Positions 13,995 to 25,489 of a stretch of DNA of 64,000 nucleotides are shown here, in pieces. The position numbers were made by a program, and so were the translations under genes. A model generated the notes under the pieces. It saw only the letters and a list, made by a program, of their open reading frames with translations, was not told the DNA's origin and ran no database searches. Source of the DNA: Schmidtea nova (lineage: Eukaryota); the NCBI GenBank assembly GCA_044892505.1, contig CM097882.1, forward strand, positions 562,030,001 to 562,094,000. Reading direction: 5' to 3'. How positions within the stretch are numbered: position 1 is the first letter of the stretch; each line of letters starts with the position of its first letter.

Positions 13995-14171
13995 CAGGTC
14001 AAATCGCGATGTAACAAATACCGAAGTAACGAAATTTCCAGTATAACAAATCTATAATTTGTCCCCGACGATTTGATGACAATATTGTATAGTACTCACT
14101 ATAACAAATTTTCAGTATAACGAAACAATTTACTCAGTCCCGTGAGCTTCGTTACAACGAGATTTGACCTG
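13995..14171. mobile_element. Tc1/mariner (pogo/Tigger-like) MITE, 177 bp
   Basis: TIRs caggtcaaatc(g/t)cg(a/t)tgtaac at both ends; TA on the right flank, TC on the left. Confidence 0.75.
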
Positions 14172-14189
14172 TATATAAAATTTCGTCTA

Positions 14190-14900
14190 TACATGAATTG
14201 TCAAATTTGAAAGCCTAGGGATCACTGTGAATTTTAAGATATTTAGTAATGTCATAGACTGGTTAGGCCAATTGAACCCTGGGTCGATTTCTTGAATTGA
14301 TCCATCATGCGTGTTTCCAAGGGGCGACCTCGACGTACTTTGATCACCTTGCTTGGTTTAAAACGCTTCGACTGCAGGACCAACTCTGCAATTTAGACTT
14401 CCTCTTCTGCTCGAACGGGTTCGAATAATTCCAAGGGGAGATTGGGTCTCGATGCCATTACGACTGTTGTCAGGTTAAACTCAATTCGGGCACGCGATAA
14501 CTGGGCATCGCGCCATTTTAGGGCTCTATTTTGGGTGAAATCTTCGGCGGCCTGCTGCTGCAGCAACGGAATTTGCATTTTGCCATTTTCCCGCGTCGGG
14601 CCGTGTTGTCTCTATGGTACGGCAACTCATCTTGAATTTGTTAAGTCATTCGCTCAACTAATTATTTTCTGTCCACAGTAGTTTTTTCCCTTCTTCCATG
14701 TCCATGAGTCGGACATTTATTTTCCTTACGCTGAGTTCTATGCTTTTCATTGACTTCACGAACTCATTCATGTGGGCATGTGACATCTGAAATTTGATGA
14801 AATCGAATAAAATCAACCAAATATCGGTTAATAAAATGCTAAATCTTTGAACGAACCTTTTTTGTACAAACAAGCGAAAATTATATACCCTCATCCCCTT
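14190..14900 (-). pseudogene. Decayed unidentified ORF, probably transposon-derived
   Basis: GC-richer block with co-linear minus-strand ORF pieces (14658-14894, 14393-14578) separated by stops; no family recognised. Confidence 0.3.
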
Positions 14901-15651
14901 TAATCATCATTTTCAAGCATAAATACTATATTTACACGACTCGATTCGGAAAATTTTAAAAGGGTTTTTGTTATTGATACGCGGATTTGTACTGGGCAAC
15001 TTTAAAGACAATATTTCCTGTTGCTAGATTTGATCATAAGGTCTTACGAGTTTAAATATAATTTTAAATGAAAATTATCTATTTGTCAAAACTATTTCTA
15101 TTACCTTGGATAGTAAATGAAGTTGTATTTAGGCTTTGAGTACGTTGGAGAATCGCAAAATTATGTTTTATTTGTAAATTACCCAAATTTCAAATCAACT
15201 ATATAAATTCCTTTTGAAATAACATTGAAGTTAGGCAACTTAAGAACATCAGCTCGTCGAATAAAAATGTTGGTACCATAGCAGGATTTAATTTTAAGGC
15301 AACTAAATAATTTTTGATTTAACCAGTAGTTACCCGTCGCAAGCATCGTCGGTAATGTATCTAATGGGCGAAAATACTCGCAAAAAGTGAGCGCAGTTTC
15401 CAGAACTATAATTGCTCGAGTAATTTCTGCGGGTTCAAGAGCTGTCGATAGAAATTATGCGCTCATTTCGATGTTCGGTCCTTTTCTTTCAAAAAAACCG
15501 TTTAACCTTTCTTAAATCTGGCTTTAACTTTCTAATATTCATTTACAAATTTTAATTTAATTTCCTGAAGCTTGCATTATTGTTTTTATCCGAGAAAAAT
15601 AGGAAAATATTTGATTAGAATGCATTTGTTTAGATGAACCACGATTTAATA

Positions 15652-16728
15652 TGTTGGGTTGTGGGGTTGTAATGGGGTTGAAATGGTAAAAGTTACCACT
15701 CAAATATCTGACTCCGAGCGTGCCTTTTAATTGACCCCAATAACAATTGACACTGTGAAATTTTATTGAATATCACAATTATTTTCTTAACACGGAATTG
15801 ACCAAATCAACAGACCAACAACTGATTACACGGTGCTTATTACGACACGATGGTGAAGAATAGCACTTTATATAATCTTGGCTCGAACTATCACTCACCA
15901 CTGATGGATACAACAATTGGTAATTTGGCTGGTTGTTTTCTTTATTTGACTTGGATTTACTCGGAACTTTATTCGATTGTCAACTGAATCAGCTCCTGTT
16001 GTTTATTTTCTCTGAGTTTCTTTTTAAGTCTTGTCTTGGGTTTCTGTACAATTCTCTTTACTTCTAATTCAATTATTCTATTTCACACCTTCTCCTTACA
16101 ATATTCAGTTCACAATTTCTCTAACAACTTTTGTTTCACAACTTCGGTTCACAATATTTTGTTTCACACTCCTCTAATAACTTCTGTAACAATTTCTTTC
16201 TACACTTCTGCTCTCAAATATGCTGTCTAAAATTCTCGCTTCTGTCTAATCTTTGTCTAAAATTCTGATCTCTTCTGCTGTGTCTCTCCTTTTATATCTC
16301 GTCACTTTGTGGCACTTAATATTATCACTTGTTATTCCATTTGTTCCAACATAATTTCCCCTTCATTTTTCCAGCACGGAGTTATCTCTGACAGCCGTCA
16401 AGATAACCTCTGTTTCCTTTCTGCAACTCCGGCTTGTTTGATTTTTTTTGCCCACTTTATCTCTGACCGGTTGTCGAAATAAAATTCTTGTTGTTGTTTT
16501 TTTTGTTTTTCCCAGTTTTCGAATTTTTAATGTTTGCACTAATTAATTAGTGCTGATCTTTGTTTTTATTTTCCTGTCTGATTTCTTTTGTCTGATTCCT
16601 CCTCCTCATTTCTTTTTATTTCCGTTTTCTTTTCCAAGCTCCTATCAATCGTGTCATTCCCCATGACGATTTTCCCCAAAGTAATTTTGTTTATTTATTA
16701 TATTATTTCTAATTTAGGTATCCTCAAC
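15652..16728 (-). mobile_element. 3' LTR of element D (~1.08 kb)
   Basis: Minus strand TGTTGAGG...CCCAACA, preceded by PPT aaagggggagata and the motif TTCGACGACGAA; TATA-like tataaaagg at about 16295. The terminal ~165 bp match 39481-39645. Confidence 0.85.
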
Positions 16729-16839
16729 ATATCTCCCCCTTTAAAAAAATTCGTCGTCGAATTAAAATTTTTAAGTTACCCTTTGTGCAATGTTCCCACT
16801 ATTATTCTCCCAAAACGCTTCTCTATAATATTGTAATTT

Positions 16840-17220
16840 ATTATTATTGTATAATTACTAGTTTACAATAATAGGAATAACAATTTTTATAATAACAGTA
16901 ATACTAATGACAATACTAATTATAATAACGATAATTATCCTAGTGATAATAATTATAATAATATTACTAATTTAAATTAATTATTATAGTTATACTATTA
17001 ATATTAACAATAATAACAATAACAATATTGATAATTATAAATTATAATTATAATTTATAATAACAATACCAATATTAATAACAATAATAATAATAATAAT
17101 AATAATATTAATAATAATAATAATATTAATAATAATAATAATACCCCCACTTATAATATTAATAATAATAATTATCACAATAATAATCACCATAATTATA
17201 ATTATAATAGTAATAATAAT
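16840..17220. repeat. (AAT)n-rich low-complexity tract
   Basis: Degenerate aat/att triplets. Confidence 0.9.
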
Positions 17221-17424
17221 TATTATTATCAATAATTCTCATAATGATGACTATAGATCAAAATTTTTTTTATAAACAATACCACAATATTTCGGCACAG
17301 CCTTTATCAAGTGTGTATAAATATAAAAAATACACACTTGATAAAGGCTGTGCCGAAATATTGTGTTATTGTTTATAAAAAAAATTTTGATCTATAGTCA
17401 TTATGAGAATTATTGATAATAATA
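17221..17424. repeat. Near-perfect palindrome (~97 bp arms, 11 nt loop)
   Basis: ...ttcggcacagcctttatcaagtgtgtat [loop] atacacacttgataaaggctgtgccgaa...; arms differ by one substitution and a 3 nt indel. Confidence 0.9.
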
Positions 17425-18514
17425 ATAATAAATGATAATAAATAATAAAATATAATAATAATTTATGAGCATTTCATTTTAAAATTTTATCTGAAAATGT
17501 ATTATGTAATTAAATGCTGTAATTGAATTAGTATATTAAAATACATATTTATTTCAATAAAAATTTATAATATTACATTTATTTTATTTATTATTTTTAA
17601 AACTATTATTACTGTTATCAAAATGGAACTTATAATAATTTTTAAAATACGAAAATACATATAGATATATTTTTGGCTTAAAATAATGAAATAGTGAACC
17701 AAGATAAATCAAGCACCGTTCGTTATCATTGACAAAATGCAACATTACCTCTCGAAACATATGTATCAGTATAGAAATCCTATTAAATGTATTTTCGGGT
17801 GTGTGTCGTATGTAATCCAATTGACACTACTGGCTGATTACCAACAATGTGTGCATGTTGACAAAGTAGATAGTTGTGCATTAAAAGTGAAAGCTACGAA
17901 TGATGCTAGAAGCCAACGCACATAAATGATAAAATTAGTCAACCCAAGAAATTGTGTTTATGATCGTATGTGTGTGTGTGTACAAAATAATCATAGTTAT
18001 CTTTGTGGCACTTATGTGCCATTCATTTTATTTTTTACTTTGCCGCTATCTTGACTAGCTGTCAAGATAGCTGAATTTTTCCAATTTATGGCATTTATTT
18101 GCCGTACTATGTACACATGCTGTCCAAATTTGCAGAACAAATACACTTTCTACAGATCTCAACAAAAATAGCGGCAAATCAAACAAAATTATGTGTACTG
18201 ATGATGAAAGTTTTTCTAAGCTGATTGATTGCTACGCTTGCGTGTTTGTGTGAACCTCTATTTTACCAGCACTTATGTGCATTAGATCAAAAGATTTGGA
18301 CAAGTCTGACATCCTGAACTTACAAAAATTTCTTCTCTCAATTGCCGTTTGCACTTCTGGAATGCCAATTTTATAGATGGCATTCCAGAATTTTTTCATT
18401 TTTATGATTTTTATGTTCGATTCCATGTAAGTTAAATTTTTGTTTATTGCATAATAATATTAATATAATGATAATAATAATAATAATTGTTCGAGTGTGT
18501 TGGATTAGTAGTTT

Positions 18515-18600
18515 GCGTCTGTGTGCGCATTTCATGTTTTTTTAATGCTGCTCTCGCGTCCATGTGCGCATTGAGAAATTGTTATCGCGTCTGTGTGCGC
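18515..18600 (+). promoter_or_regulatory. Three copies of GCGTC(T/C)(G/A)TGTGCGC upstream of the antisense cargo ORF
   Basis: Copies at 18515, 18556 and 18587; the same motif occurs four times at 62118-62229. Regulatory role is inferred. Confidence 0.45.
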
Positions 18601-18785
18601 TGGTTGCCTTTTTTTAGAATTTAGGCTCGATTTAATTGATTTGTAGATTTATGGTTGAATTAGTTTTTTTTTGTTTATTTAATCCAATTTGAATAGGGTT
18701 TTTCTGGTCTGAAAATTTGGATTTGTTGAGAACAATTTATTTTCGATTTTGATGATTTGAATTGAGGATACATAAAAGTTTACTA

Positions 18786-19535
18786 ATGATTAGTGCAGTT
18801 CTAAATGAGAATTATCTGGAATTTGATGAATGGCCTTTTCCCGATTATACAGAATCACCTGAACCTGATGATAATTTTGAAAGTCAATTGATAACGAAAT
18901 TTAAATGTGAAGATTATATCTATCGTAAACAAGCGTTTCAAAAAGCCATGATGTATATTCAGAGCCGACAATATTCAGAAAACAGCAGCAACATTTCATC
19001 AGCATTATTGAATGCTCTAATATCAATTTGCAACGATTCAGAAGTGTCTTTGAGGACGGATTTAGCTAAATTATTGATCACAATTACAAAGATGTGCACC
19101 GCAAAAGCGATAAAAGGAGATTTTGACAGCGAAAACTGTTTCACTGTGCCTGGTGTGATCACATTTATTCATGATGCAAATAAACAACTCAACAACGTTA
19201 TACAAATCCCTGAAGCGCGCTGGTTTTCTTGGTCTCAAATCAATAGCCGAACAAATCACAGAGAGCCTTTCTCTATTCTTTTACGTAGTGTTCATTACAA
19301 ACAACAACCTAATGATAACAAACTCGAGTTGCTCACTTATTGGCAAATAAATGAAACCTTTGGAGGCCTATTGGTTGCTTATTTGGCCTTTCATTTGATG
19401 ATTAACATTGATGCTGTTATGAAGGACAAATTGGTGGCTAGGAATAAAAATTATTATTTGGCCGTTCATTTGATGATTTTCCATGGTAGCAGAGCGTGGT
19501 TCCCATCGGGGACCACGAACTTTTTGGAGCTGTGA
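18786..19535 (+). CDS. Intronless ORF with PP4R1-like N-terminal HEAT repeats, antisense within element D
   Basis: ICNDSEVSLRTDLAKLLITITKMC...VPGVITFIHDANKQL aligns with PPP4R1 LADDSEPTVRAELMEQVPHIALFC...LPIVVRYLADQNNQV, after a similar acidic N-terminus. Similarity ends after about 135 aa. Confidence 0.6.
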   Translation: MISAVLNENYLEFDEWPFPDYTESPEPDDNFESQLITKFKCEDYIYRKQAFQKAMMYIQSRQYSENSSNISSALLNALISICNDSEVSLRTDLAKLLITITKMCTAKAIKGDFDSENCFTVPGVITFIHDANKQLNNVIQIPEARWFSWSQINSRTNHREPFSILLRSVHYKQQPNDNKLELLTYWQINETFGGLLVAYLAFHLMINIDAVMKDKLVARNKNYYLAVHLMIFHGSRAWFPSGTTNFLEL

Positions 19536-19557
19536 CAATACGGTTCTGATTTTATGA

Positions 19558-22500
19558 TTAGGTATAGGGGTATTCCAAGGGAAAAAATAGGGAGCACAAT
19601 GTTTTGCGGCGGGTTCGGCTCCCTAAGGAACCGGAAAAGATGCTGCTATGGACATAGTTCAAGATGATGTACGACTCAAAGGGATTTAGCAAATAATTTA
19701 TTTCTATCTCGTCTGTTATTCCTACATAATATACCCATACTCTGCACGTACAAGTTGAGCATATGTCCATTTTTTCTAATAACAGCACTTTATTGACCGC
19801 ATATGGCGCATTTATTTTCGTTTCATTAATGCTTGTCATGATGCTTAGGATTGTAATTATAAATAAAACTTTATTCATATATCCCAATGGGGTTGGATTC
19901 TTTTGAAACTTTTGTCGAATTTTTGTTTCCTCGTTAATTTTCTTTTCTTTTGAGCGTAATTGATATTCAAAATTCAGGTACTTTTTTACTTCTATTGGCA
20001 TGAACAATGATTGTTTCTGCTCTTTTATTATTAATCGGACGTAATTTTAAATTTGTTGCTGTTGCATCGCAGACCGTATACGGACCTTTAAATGGTCTTT
20101 GTAGTTTAGTTGACAGTCCTTTTACTGGCTCTGGTTTATTTAGGTATACTAGATCGCCAATTTTCATTCCGTGCTCATGCGCTATTTTGTCGTAACTTTC
20201 TTTGTATTGCTTCTGTCGATATTTTATCTTTAATCCTGCTTGAGTCCAAGCGGATTGTAAACGTTCTTGCAGAGCAACTTTATAATTTGGAATCTCTAAA
20301 TATTGAGAAGTTGGTGATTGAAACTCAAAATCGATCGGCATGTTATTTCGTCTTAGGTACATAAGATAAAAGGGCGTTTCTCCCGTACTCTCATTTACTG
20401 AATTTCGATAGGCATATATGCATGGTCTAATAAACAGATCCCGGTCTTTTTGCTTTCGATTCACATAGGATGAGATCATATTAATTAATGTACCATTATA
20501 CCTTTCCACTAAACCATCTGTTTGTGGATGATATGGTGATATGCTTAATTTATATATACCAAATAATTTTGTAATAGATTTAAATAGATCACTCTGAAAG
20601 TTTGTCACTTGATCTGTTAGCAATTTTTTGGAACGCCATATCTAAATATGATTTCTTCAACAAATATTTGTGCAACAGTTTCTGCCTTTTGGTTTGGCAT
20701 AGTAAACGCTTCTGGCCATTTGGTTAAATAATCACAGAATACCAAAATATATTTATTTTCATTCGTTGTCTCGAGTAAAGGCCCGATGATATCCATTGCT
20801 GAAAATTCCATTGGCGCTGCTGGTATTGGCATTGGTTTTAGAGGAACCTTTATTTTCTTTCCAGTATTTCTTCGAGTCAGGCATATTTTACAAGTATTGC
20901 ACCATTGCTTTACATCTTGCTCCATTGTGTTCCAGAAATATTTTAGTTTTAGTTGCGACAGCGTTTTTCTTGCCGACAAATGTCTTCCCAATGCTCCGTC
21001 ATGGTACTGCAATAATAACGTGTTTCGATGTTTTTTTGGAACCACTATTAACAGTTCATCATTTTTAATATATTTTAATATACCTTTGTGAATAATATAT
21101 TTATGTTTTTCCTCGATTAATTGTTTTAATTCATTATCCTTTTTCATTATTACTGTATGGTTTATTATTTGTTTCAGCTCCTCATCCATTTCTTGATCTC
21201 TCTGTAGCTCTGACATATTATTTGCTGCTTTAACTACTGCGAATACAGTATCTTTTAAGTTTATTTCTTCCTGGCTATTATTGATTTTTTCATTTGGAAT
21301 TCTAGACAAGGTATCGGCATTAGCATTTGATTTTCCTGTTCGATATTTGATTTCAAAGTTATATTCTTGCAAGACTAACGATCACCTAATCAATTTGCTT
21401 GCTGCATCTCGATGTTTCATCAACCATTGTAACGGATTATGGTCTGTATAGACAATGAATTTCCGACCTACCAAGTACTGTCGAAATGTTTTTATGCCAT
21501 ATACTAGGGCAAGAGTTTCCTTTTCGATTGTTGAATAGTTTTTCTCATGTGGTTTCATTGATCGACTAGCATATGCGATTACATGATCTTTTTCTCCTTC
21601 AACTTTTTGTCCTAATACCACTCCCAGCGCAAAATCGTTTGCGCCCGTCATTAACATAAATGTCTTTGTGAAATCAGGACATCGTAATATTGGATTCATC
21701 ATTAACTTTTGTTTGAGTATTTCGAAAACATCCTGCGGAGCTTTGTCCCACACGAATTTTGTGGTTTTCTTTAATAGCATCGTTAATGGTTGAGCAACAT
21801 GTGCAAAGTTTCTAATAAATTTTCTGTAATAGCTTGCTAACCCGAGAAATTGTCTAATATCATCAACATTTTTTGGAGTTGGATAATATTTAATTTTCTT
21901 AACATTTTCTGGATTTGGTTGTAAACCTTTTCGTGAAATGATATGTCCAATATACACTACCTCTGATTTTCCCCATTCACATTTTGATGGTTTGATTTTG
22001 AGATTTGCTTCTCTGAGCCGTTTAAATACTGTTTCCACATCTCTCATGTGCTCTTCGAAATTACCTGAGAAGATTATAATATTATCTATATACACCAAGG
22101 CTTGTGGAATATCTCGCAGCATAAAATTCATTCTTCTTTGAAATGTCGCTGGTGCACCTGTTAAACCAAGTGGTAACACATTAAATTCATACAAACCTTT
22201 TCCATCTGAAAACGCTATTTTCCCTTTATCTGTCTCTTTAACTTTGAATTGATTGTAGCCTTTGTTTAAATCAATAACAGTAAAATATTGAGCTTCTCCC
22301 ATTTTGTCAAACATTTACTGAGGAACCGGAATTGGATACGTATCCTTTCTTGTTACTTGATTCAGTTTTCGATAGTCAATACAGAATCTCAGTTCACCGT
22401 CTTTCTTTTTGACTACAACAATAGAGGAAGAAAATGGTGAAAAACTGTCTCTAATAATATGGAATTCTTTCATAGCCTTTATTTGTCTATCGCTTTCGTC

Positions 22501-24467
22501 TTGATGCGCATACGGAATTCTGTATGGCCGTAATTTAATTGGAGTTTAATCAATTAATGGAATTTCATGTTCAATTATATGAGTTACTCCCAAATCATAC
22601 TCATGTTTCGCAAAAATATCTTGATATTTTCTCAACAATTTTGTAAATTTTTGTATTTGCTCTTGCGTCAACTCTGCACTGTCAACTTGGGGTTCTTTGT
22701 ATATTTTAATATTTTTTGGTAATCTTTTATTATCGATTTTTAGAATTCTTGTTAGCTTTCCCGATTTCATTTTTGGTTTTAATGACACTTCTTTGTCGTT
22801 ATTGTTAGTGATGCGAACAGGAATTAATTGATGTTGAACTTTCACTACTTCGTCGTACATTAGAGTATCATATTTGGCAATTAAATTCTCACTTGGTTGA
22901 AATATAAATTCATCGTCTGGAACTCCCATTGTATTCACGTAACAAATGACTTCACTCTGAGGTGGTACTCTTAACGTTTGATTTAGAAATACATCTTTCG
23001 TTTCATGAATAGCTTTTCCCATTTTTCCTACAATTAGATTTCCGGTTTTCAGATAAAGAGAGACTCCTTCCAATTGCTATAACACATCCATCCCTACCAA
23101 ACACATTACTGGGCTATCTTTCATTATTAGCATCATGAACAATTTCTTTATTTCCAATATTAAACTTTACTTTGATCTGTCTAATGATATTTAATTTGTT
23201 TTTCGTCATTGATCGTACAACTTCTTCTGTGCTTTTCATTCGTGCTCCTTCCCCTGAATTTAATAATTTATTTGATAATATTGTATTGCTTGAGCTTGAA
23301 TCTATTAATGTTTCGACCCTATGTTTATTCACTTGTATCCATATTCTTGACTGTCTTCCTTTATTTCCAATTGTCATTAACGCATAATTTCCTGGAAATC
23401 CAAACTTGTTTCTCCTTTCAATTTTCGCACTGGTTGGTGCAATTTGCTCATTTCTCAATTCAATGTTTTCAACTGGTCTCATTTCTTTTAACTTTTCTAC
23501 TGGATATATTGGTGCTGTTGGTAGAAAAGTTTTTGGAATCCATAATCGACTGAACGTGTCTGTTCCACTTGCTTGTGGTATCGATTGCAGTAAATTTAAA
23601 GATTTAGATTTTTCTCGTATATCATTTATTTTAATTTTACTGTTTTTATAATAATATATAGGAGGCACTTTTACTTTCCCTCTATTCCCACTTTCGCTGC
23701 CCAAACTCGTATTAATGTCTTTTCCGTTTTTATTTAATCGTGACTTGACTTTTCCCATTTCTTTATATTGATGCTTTGTAATTACAAATTTTGCCAGAAA
23801 TGGAATACATCCGATAATCAGTTTCCAAGACCATCCCGAAATAACATATAGCTGATGAGTAGTTAATATTTGAAATATTATCACTTTAATCACCACGAAG
23901 ATAACATAAATTCCAATTAATCCTGCACATACTTGTCCCAAAAACATGAATTTTCCCCATATTTTTTTCATCGTATTGTACGTTGCTTTTTTATAATGAT
24001 CTGGTGTCAATTAATAGTCATAATTTACTTTGCTTTCACCACTTGGTAATATAGTATCGATCATTTCAGTAATTACTCGTTCTTTCTTGGATGGGAATAG
24101 TAGATTTCTTCGGGCTTCTTCAACATTTTCTTGAGAATACAATCCAGTTTGCGGTAATTTATCCAGTGATGTAAAATTTATTAAATATTCAAGTTTTGTT
24201 AATTCTAGTTTTTCTGGATTTCTCACTCCTTTATGATCTGGTAATGATATCCACGAATCTGATGTTAGTCGATATAATGGTGCGAACAATCGCTTACAAT
24301 TGCTAATTTTCACTTCCCCTGTTTGAAACCTGTTTGAAAAAGGGCCACATATCGAAAGATTGTAGGAGTAGGGATAATTCCACAGGGGAAAAATCATGTA
24401 CCAAATGCGGGAGAAACAATCATGTGGCGGCAAACTGCAGATTTTCGGACTTGAGTTGTGAGAAATT
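19558..24467 (-). mobile_element. Element D internal region: gB-like env C-terminus, PR, dUTPase-like spacer, RT, RH, IN, signal-peptide domain (decayed)
   Basis: WISLPD and TM segment KIWGKFMFLGQVCAGLIGIYVIF; protease LIDSSSS; RT IDLNKGYNQ and YIDN; RH ETLALVYGIKTFRQYLVGRKFIVYTDHNPL; IN HHCC (YHDGALGRH...CNTCKIC), PYHPQTDGLVER and GPY; then EYQLRS plus hydrophobic VLFIITILSIM. Confidence 0.92.
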
Positions 24468-24802
24468 TTTATATCGAATTTAAAAGTTTTTAATTTAAAT
24501 AAATTAATCTTAAAAATATAATATTCTTTTATTTTTATACAAAAAAATATTTTTTTTAAGAATATATTATAAATATTTTCATATTTATAAACAACAGAAT
24601 GATTGAAAACGAAATCCATGATCCCCAATTGAGCATTTTCAATTGGGGATCATGGATTTCGTTTTCAATCATTCTGTTGTTTATAAATATGAAAATATTT
24701 ATAATATATTCTTAAAAAAAATATTTTTTGTATAAAAATAAAAGAATATTATATTTTTAAGATTAATTTATTTAAATTAAAAACTTTTAAATTCGATATA
24801 AA
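24468..24802. repeat. Near-perfect inverted repeat (165/164 bp arms, 6 nt loop) at the truncation point of element D
   Basis: 24468-24632 is the reverse complement of 24639-24802 except for a one-base homopolymer difference; loop gcattt. Confidence 0.95.
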
Positions 24803-25489
24803 TTTTTTGACTATAATAAATTTTAAAATATATATTTTATTTTAAAAATTAATACTAATTTGTTCGAATAAATCGATTTATGTGATTTATATTTCGATGT
24901 AAGATTGGGTAGCACCTGATGAAGAGAATTAAGTTCTCGAAATATATTGTGCAAAATATATATTTGGATTCTCGTTTGTTGTTAATTTCTAGTTAATTCG
25001 ATTAATCGTTTTTTTTTGTAGCTTGTATTTATTTGTAACAAGAAAATTAAAAATTGCGTATATGGAAGGCAATTGTTTTCCTGCACCTGCACCCAAAAGT
25101 ATTAGGAGTCATTTCTATTTTCCGCGAATTTTATTATTTCTATTTTCCGCGAATTTTATTTAAAGTAGGAAATAGAAATTTATCACAGTAGGCTAGGCAT
25201 AGTAAAAATAAAAGTTCTTTAGTTATTTTGTCATTACATTGCTATTAGCATTTAGTTTTCTTTTAATAAACATTTAAAAGTGGTTGATATAAAAGTGAAT
25301 TATTTTTCGGTATATTAATACTTAAATTTTTAAAAAATATAAAATTATCTAAATAATTGTGCTCGAGAAAAACCTCTAAAAACAACACCAATTTTATCAA
25401 TAATCTCTTATTTTTCAAAACAGGTATACCTTTTACAAAATATAATATATAAAATATTTATATAATAAAAATTAAATTTAGATTAATCT

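Noticed and set aside
17035-17232. Poly-Ile ORF
   Set aside because: Translation of an (ATT)n low-complexity tract.
24468-24628. N-terminus MGIMDFVFNHS... of ORF 24011-24628
   Set aside because: Derived from the AT-rich hairpin arm; only the part below about 24467 is env.
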